A model generated the notes under the pieces. That model saw only the letters and a program-made list of their open reading frames with translations, was not told where the DNA came from and made no database searches. DNA of 51,769 bases, filler included, from Porpidia crustulata (lineage: Eukaryota): assembly GCA_964255105.1 (NCBI GenBank). It is 2 parts of 2 records of this genome, joined end to end, with 100 filler letters (N's around TTAATTAATTAA, not from the genome) between each part and the next. Parts side by side here need not be neighbours in the genome. Positions count along the whole stretch, not along the records: positions 25,961 to 51,769 come from CAXUWE010000044.1; 1 more part is not named here. One strand, written 5' to 3'. Shown piece after piece: positions 46,493-51,769 of the stretch (position 1 is the stretch's first letter; each line of letters begins with the position of its first letter). The translations under genes and the position numbers were made by a program.

Positions 46493-47710
46493 GTCAGGAT
46501 CATCCAGGCATAGCACAAAAACCGTATGAGCACTATCCTGTCAGACCATAGCTTCGTTCGCAAGACACGGGCTCTCAGTTCAAAGGGAATCACTTGCCAG
46601 CCTGGATACGTATTAGGGGGTACGTATCGCGGTTCTGGCCTTCCCTGGGCCCATCTTCAGGCTCCGCAGGCGACGCGCAGAGCTTTCCTGCTCGTCTAGG
46701 CGTATGTGTCACCCAAGCCCTCCCTTCCTTCCTCGTAGTACTTCCCAACTCATTTGAACTAGTTCCTTCTTTGGCCCAGAGAGCGTCTCTCGACATTGAC
46801 GGGTTGGATGAGCCAGTCGAGCTGGGTGAGAGTGTGGCCGCTCATTGAGAAGAGGGAAAGGCCAACTGATACATAGACCACTGTCAGCACGAGGTGTCAA
46901 TTGGACGCGAAGCCAATCTGAGTAGGACCAATGTCAAAACTTTGTGGTATAGATCAGCCGCAGCACACAATCTCAATCTTGCATGCCCAAGGAGTCAATT
47001 TACTTTGTCTCCTTGCCTGGCCCAAGGGTTGTCGCGCTGAGCAGCAAGGAAGCAGTATCTGTAAGTCAGTTATAGGACGAACGCTGCAGAGCTGAGGGAT
47101 TGGGACGCCAGCTGTCTCTCTTCGACCTCTGAATGCTGCATTGTAGGTAGTTGGATTTCTTTCCCAACTATGTTGTCTTCTTGTCCCTGCTGGGCCGATG
47201 CCCATTACAAAGTTCGGGGTGGTCGCGGACGGTGTCACTGAGATTCCTACACACATACGGACCAGATAGGTAGACATCAAAAGGTGAAAGGATGGCAGAT
47301 ACATTGTAGGGTAAGATACGTCGTGGGATTGATGTCGCAGAGTGGCTGCCGATGACAGGGGTCGGCCAAAATTGCCGGTCGGGCAGTCGTTTTGTACTGG
47401 TCCTTTGTACTTCAAGATCAGTACACAGAAGTACGTGGAAGGAGTAGACAGGATTCTACCGATGTTGGAGCAATTGAAGCCCAATTTGCCTCCCGTTGAG
47501 GGCCAAGGCCGGCAGCGAACAGAATAGACTTGAACACGAAGTCATATCTGAATGCACAGTGCTGCATACTTCTGTACGGAATAATGGTGAATAAATTTTG
47601 GTGATATGTCGACCTCAACGGTTGCTCCTACTTGCAAGCTTCTGCCGCACCTCAGAGCTAATCCTAGTGTCGAAATTACTCAAATGCTTACCTCATATCT
47701 CCTAAAGCAG

Positions 47711-47937
47711 AGGGATGTGAGCCTGAAGTCGTGGATGACGGTGTCCCATGCTCCCGTGCGTATAAGATGTTGATAGACTATGCTACTACGGAATCAAAGC
47801 TTGATGCTGTCACTCATGCCCTTGAGGAAGGATGCGTACCAAACGCAGGTGGAGGTAGCAAAGTCAAGAGTAAAACGATGATAAAGGCCTTGGATGACAT
47901 CTGTGGCTGGCGGAGGCACAGAGTGCCCATTCGATAA
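47711..47937 (+). pseudogene. Orphan terminal exon-like fragment, possibly the C-terminus of a fungal regulator
   Basis: After a CAG acceptor the sequence reads ..DDGVPCSRAYKMLIDYATTESKLDAVTHALEEGCVPNAGGGSKVKSKTMIKALDDIC, which looks protein-like and recalls C-termini of some fungal regulators. No intact upstream exons were found. Confidence 0.3.
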
Positions 47938-48068
47938 GCAAGGAAACAGATCTGAACCGATGAGTTCCACGCGTATCGGAAGATAGCACCTTCAAGAAGG
48001 AAGCTTGGGAACTCGATGAATATCAGCTATCGTTCATTTGGGCTTTTATTGGAACCATCTGTGATGAG

Positions 48069-48337
48069 GGGAGACGGAAGAAGGCAAAAGAGCCGGAGGT
48101 GCAAATGATGGAGACAAGAATGAGGCTTCTGGGGGAGGAGCATCCGGACACGCTGACCAGCATGGCCAACCTGGCGTTCACTTGGAATTCCCTGGGTCAC
48201 GATCATGAAAATTTGGGTTGATCAAAGAATGCGTTCTGCTACGGCAGCGGAAGCTTGGTGCGGATCAATCCCACACAACTTCTTCACGAGAAGCGTCAGA
48301 TGCGTGGGAAACAGTGAGCTTGAATGTAGGTTGGTAA
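48069..48337 (+). pseudogene. Relic of the TPR (kinesin-light-chain-like) C-terminus of a fungal NLR-type gene
   Basis: GRRKKAKEPEVQMMETRMRLLGEEHPDTLTSMANLAFTWNSLG, then a frameshift to LIKECVLLRQRKLGADQSHTTSS..W. This matches the LGxEHPDTLTSMANLA repeat consensus. There is no start codon or NB domain upstream. Confidence 0.8.
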
Positions 48338-49123
48338 GTGTCCTTATACACTACAGGGCTTTCGAGATACACGCAGAGTATATTTCACAAGAAACTGATT
48401 TTCGGGTCGGCCTGGTGGTGAAGATCAAGCATAATACTGTACAATGTATCTAAGTCGGTCTGCCTTTCTATCATGCCCCTACAACAGGCAAACAGGAAAT
48501 GACCGAGTACGTTGAGGCGAGTGGGTAGCCGGTAGCGTAGGTAATGGCCGAGGAATTGGATGTAATATTTCCGCTCTAAGTACCTCGGCCGAGTATTATT
48601 TGTGTTATACACAGTTTATGCATCTGCACAATACCGGACTTAAGCCTCTGAAGTTCTGAGATGCCGACTTAACCGCAGTCTAGCTCAATCAAGAGTAGTT
48701 GTGCAACTATCGGGTGTCGACACAGATTATGCAGCTTGAGTAGACTCGTATTGAGCAAAGAAGAAGGCATAAGGGTGTCGGTGGGTGTCAGGTCGCTGGC
48801 TGTCCCCTCGGTCTCTTAACTCCTTTGCTGTACCACCACCGCTTTCAGCATGTCTACATAAGGAGTCAAATCTGTCGTACATGCTCTCAACATGTTTCTA
48901 TCTCTCGTTCTGCTGTCTGTCCCATTTTCATCGACGTCGTAGAGTCGATCCACGGTGGGGGCACTTCTAGCGCACGGGAATCCAACGCCCACCGTCTTGG
49001 CATCTAGCTTAGACCATAAGGTACCATACCTGTCAGTCCAGACATGCAATTCTGATATGGATAATGAACATCCTCACCGCCATCATCTTCAACTGACAAT
49101 GGCTTCAGCGTTTAGAATCCAGC

Positions 49124-50984
49124 ATGGTGGAGTCAATCCCACCTCTGCCATCCCCAATCGACCCAGAGAAGCGACGGGAAGAGCTGGCATACCTTGAAGG
49201 TCATGATGCCGATATCCCCACTGAAGATCAGTCTCCACAAGGCGCCATCACCCATGCCTCAAAGCCACATGTCGACAGCGATGTGGAGAAGCGTTCTGAC
49301 CCTGCCGATGTGTCGCCGACGAACTCGCAGATAAGCCGAGATGGGGAGCAGGATCTAGCAACTGAAACCGATCTCGAAGCTGGCCCCAGAAGTGACGATA
49401 CGAGCTTGACAAAGGCAGAGAATCTCGTCAGTGAACCACAAGATCCCAATATTGTCTGGTGGAGTGGGCCAGATGATCCCGAAAATCCTCTCAATTGGAG
49501 CGAAAGAGTGAAATTAGGCAATGTTGCCGTCATATCGATGATCACCTTTATCACGCAAGTCTTTCGGTCTACAGGTTTCATCGGTTGACTAACGTCTTCA
49601 TTAGACCTCTAGCATCTTCAATGTTTGCCCCTGGTGTTCCAGAAGTGATGCTTGAATTCAAATCCACCAACATCCAACTAGCTTCCTTTGTCGTCTCAGT
49701 CTACATCCTCGGCTATGGCTTTGGTCCCTTCATCATCGCCCCACTGTCGGAGCTATACGGACGTATTCCAATATATCACGCCTGTAATGTTGGATTCGTC
49801 ATATTTACTATTGCTTGCGCCGTTAGCACCAATTTAAATATGCTCATCGGCTTCCGATTTCTGGAAGGTTGCTTTGGATCTGCACCATTAACATTAGGTG
49901 GCGGCTCGATAGCGGACATGATTGTACAAGAGAAAAGAGGTGGTATGATGGCTATATGGGCCATGGGTCCTCTGCTAGGGCCCGTGGTTGGTCCGGTCGC
50001 GGGTGGGTTTCTATCGCAAGCAAAAGGATGGCGATGGGTGTTTTGGCTGATTACCATTGTTGTGGGTACCTACGCTGCCTTCAATGCCGCAAGTACTAAT
50101 AGGTCAGGCTGGCGCCATCACCCTAGCGGCCTTTGTCTTGCTGCGCGAGACCTACCCCCCGACGCTGCTAGAGCGTAAGACAAAACGATTAAGGAAGGAA
50201 ACGGGCAATCAGAATCTAAAATCCAAACTGGCCTCGGAGCTGTCCCCAAAGGCTTTGTTCAAGATTGCCATTGTTCGCCCCGCCAAGATGTTGATCTTTT
50301 CGCCAATTGTATTGGTTCTTTCATCATTCATGGCAATTGTCTACGGATACCTGTACCTCCTCTTCACCACAATCACCGAAGTCTTCGAACAGAGATACCA
50401 CTTCTCCCAAGGTGCCGTGGGTCTCACTTATCTCGGTATCGGACTAGGCATGTTCTGCGGCCTACTCGGCTTCGGCAGCGTAAGCGATCGCCTCGTTAAA
50501 TGCATGTCCAGAAACGGGGTCATGAAGCCCGAGTATCGCCTGCCACCCATGATCCCCGGCGCCGCATGCGTCCCCATCGGATTATTCATCTATGGCTGGA
50601 CCGCCGACAAGCACGTGTTCTGGATCGTCCCCATCATAGGCACCGCCTTCGGTATCCTTCGCTCTTCCCTCCCAACTCTCGCATTCGCTAACAAATCACG
50701 CAGTCGGCGTCGGCATCCTTGCCACCTACATGCCCATTTCCACCTACCTCGTCGACGCCTTCACCATCCACGCCGCCTCGGCACTCGCCGCCAACGCCTT
50801 CCTACGGTCCATCCTCGGCGCGCTGCTCCCCCTCGCCGGCCCGAAGATGTACGCCACCCTGGGTTTGGGATGGGGGAACTCGCTGCTGGCATTCGTCGCG
50901 CTGGCAATGTGTCCGATCACGTGGTTGTTTTATCGGTATGGCGAGCGGATACGGACAAGTCCGAAGTTTCAGGTGAAGTTTTAG
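49124..50984 (+). CDS. MFS transporter, DHA1 (12-TM drug:H+ antiporter) family, 4 exons
   Basis: [85 protein letters not shown]. It ends KFQVKF*. Confidence 0.95.
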
Positions 50985-51539
50985 ATGAATGTTGTTAGGG
51001 AGGAAGTTGCATCGTCGGGTCTTTTGCAGCATGATTCCGCTTTGGTAGCGCGGAAATTTGGATAATCGCGGCAGAGGACAGAGAAAATCCCATGGATATA
51101 CCCCTTGATTCGACGAGAGCTTGGATGGACTCTAGGAAGATCGACGCATGTGTTACTGGTGTCGCAAAAGGGAACCGCAAGTTGAACACGCATAGAAAAG
51201 GAAAATCCATAGATTATCAACGACGGTACAGGATACCAATCTAAACTAACTAAATCATCTTGATATCCACGCTTTCTAGACCAATCCCGCCCACATTCGG
51301 CTTTTCCAACATCTCTCTATAGCTCCCTCACTTGGGTGTTTGCTCCTTCTCTCGTTTCGTTGTTTTTTATCTAAAGTCATTCTTTTTTCCTTTTTTTTTC
51401 TTGGAGATTGTTGATCTGGTGGTTTTGGCAGGTTTCGATGAGGGTTTCGATGCGGTGGTTTTTCTGTTGGGGGGGATTGATGAAGGGAAGGAGTTGGATA
51501 CTTGGTAGTGATTTCGATGGAGTTGTACTTTTATTTATT

Positions 51540-51690
51540 CCTTTTCATCACTCTTCAGCCGCTTCCTTCATGTTTCTTCATTCCTTCCACCTTTCTTTCC
51601 TTCCGTCTTCCCTTTCTTCCTTCTTTTCTTCCTTCTTTTCTTCCTTCCCTTCTTCCTTGCTTTTGTTCTTCCATCCATCCTCCCATTAAT
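51540..51690. repeat. Pyrimidine-rich low-complexity tract (TTCC/TTCT repeats)
   Basis: For example TTCTTCCTTCTTTTCTTCCTTCTTTTCTTCCTTCC. Confidence 0.85.
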
Positions 51691-51769
51691 CACCAGATCA
51701 TGCATATTCCTAATGTTTCTGAATCCGAACTGTTGTGGAAATTTTGACGTTGATAAGAAAGAGGAATGG

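Noticed and set aside
51408..51747. Phe/Ser/Leu-rich ORFs resembling membrane proteins
   Set aside because: They are an artefact of translating the pyrimidine-rich low-complexity tract.

Overview
Intron-containing filamentous-ascomycete DNA in two blocks separated by an artificial 100-nt spacer (N44-TTAATTAATTAA-N44, 25861-25960), so the blocks may not be adjacent in the genome. The left block (1-25.8 kb) has ten closely spaced genes and no PKS, NRPS or terpene core: a Sulfotransfer_4-type P-loop protein, MATE and MFS transporters, an Mpv17/PMP22 protein, adenylosuccinate lyase, a Baeyer-Villiger monooxygenase, adenylosuccinate synthetase, a PhyH/KanJ-like Fe/2OG dioxygenase, a DUF89/ARMT1 phosphatase and a Nudix hydrolase. 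The lyase, synthetase and phosphatase each carry substitutions at normally conserved active-site positions. This is the best candidate for an undescribed system: a possible fungal purine-nucleoside-analogue pathway, or a self-resistance or detoxification cluster. The right block (26-51 kb) is a cichorine/mycophenolate-like aromatic polyketide cluster: a truncated NRPS-like A-T-R reductase, a BBE-like FAD oxidase, a transcription-factor-like protein, a DMATS prenyltransferase, an MpaD/CicH-like P450, a SAT-less NR-PKS (KS-AT-PT-ACP-ACP-MT-esterase) with an in-frame TAG, and an MFS transporter. A paired GGACCCGAGT motif lies upstream of four of these genes. Also present are two related TA-flanked MITE-like hairpins, a probable pogo/Fot1 transposase relic and an NLR-type TPR relic. 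All family assignments come from motif recognition by eye; no database searches were run.
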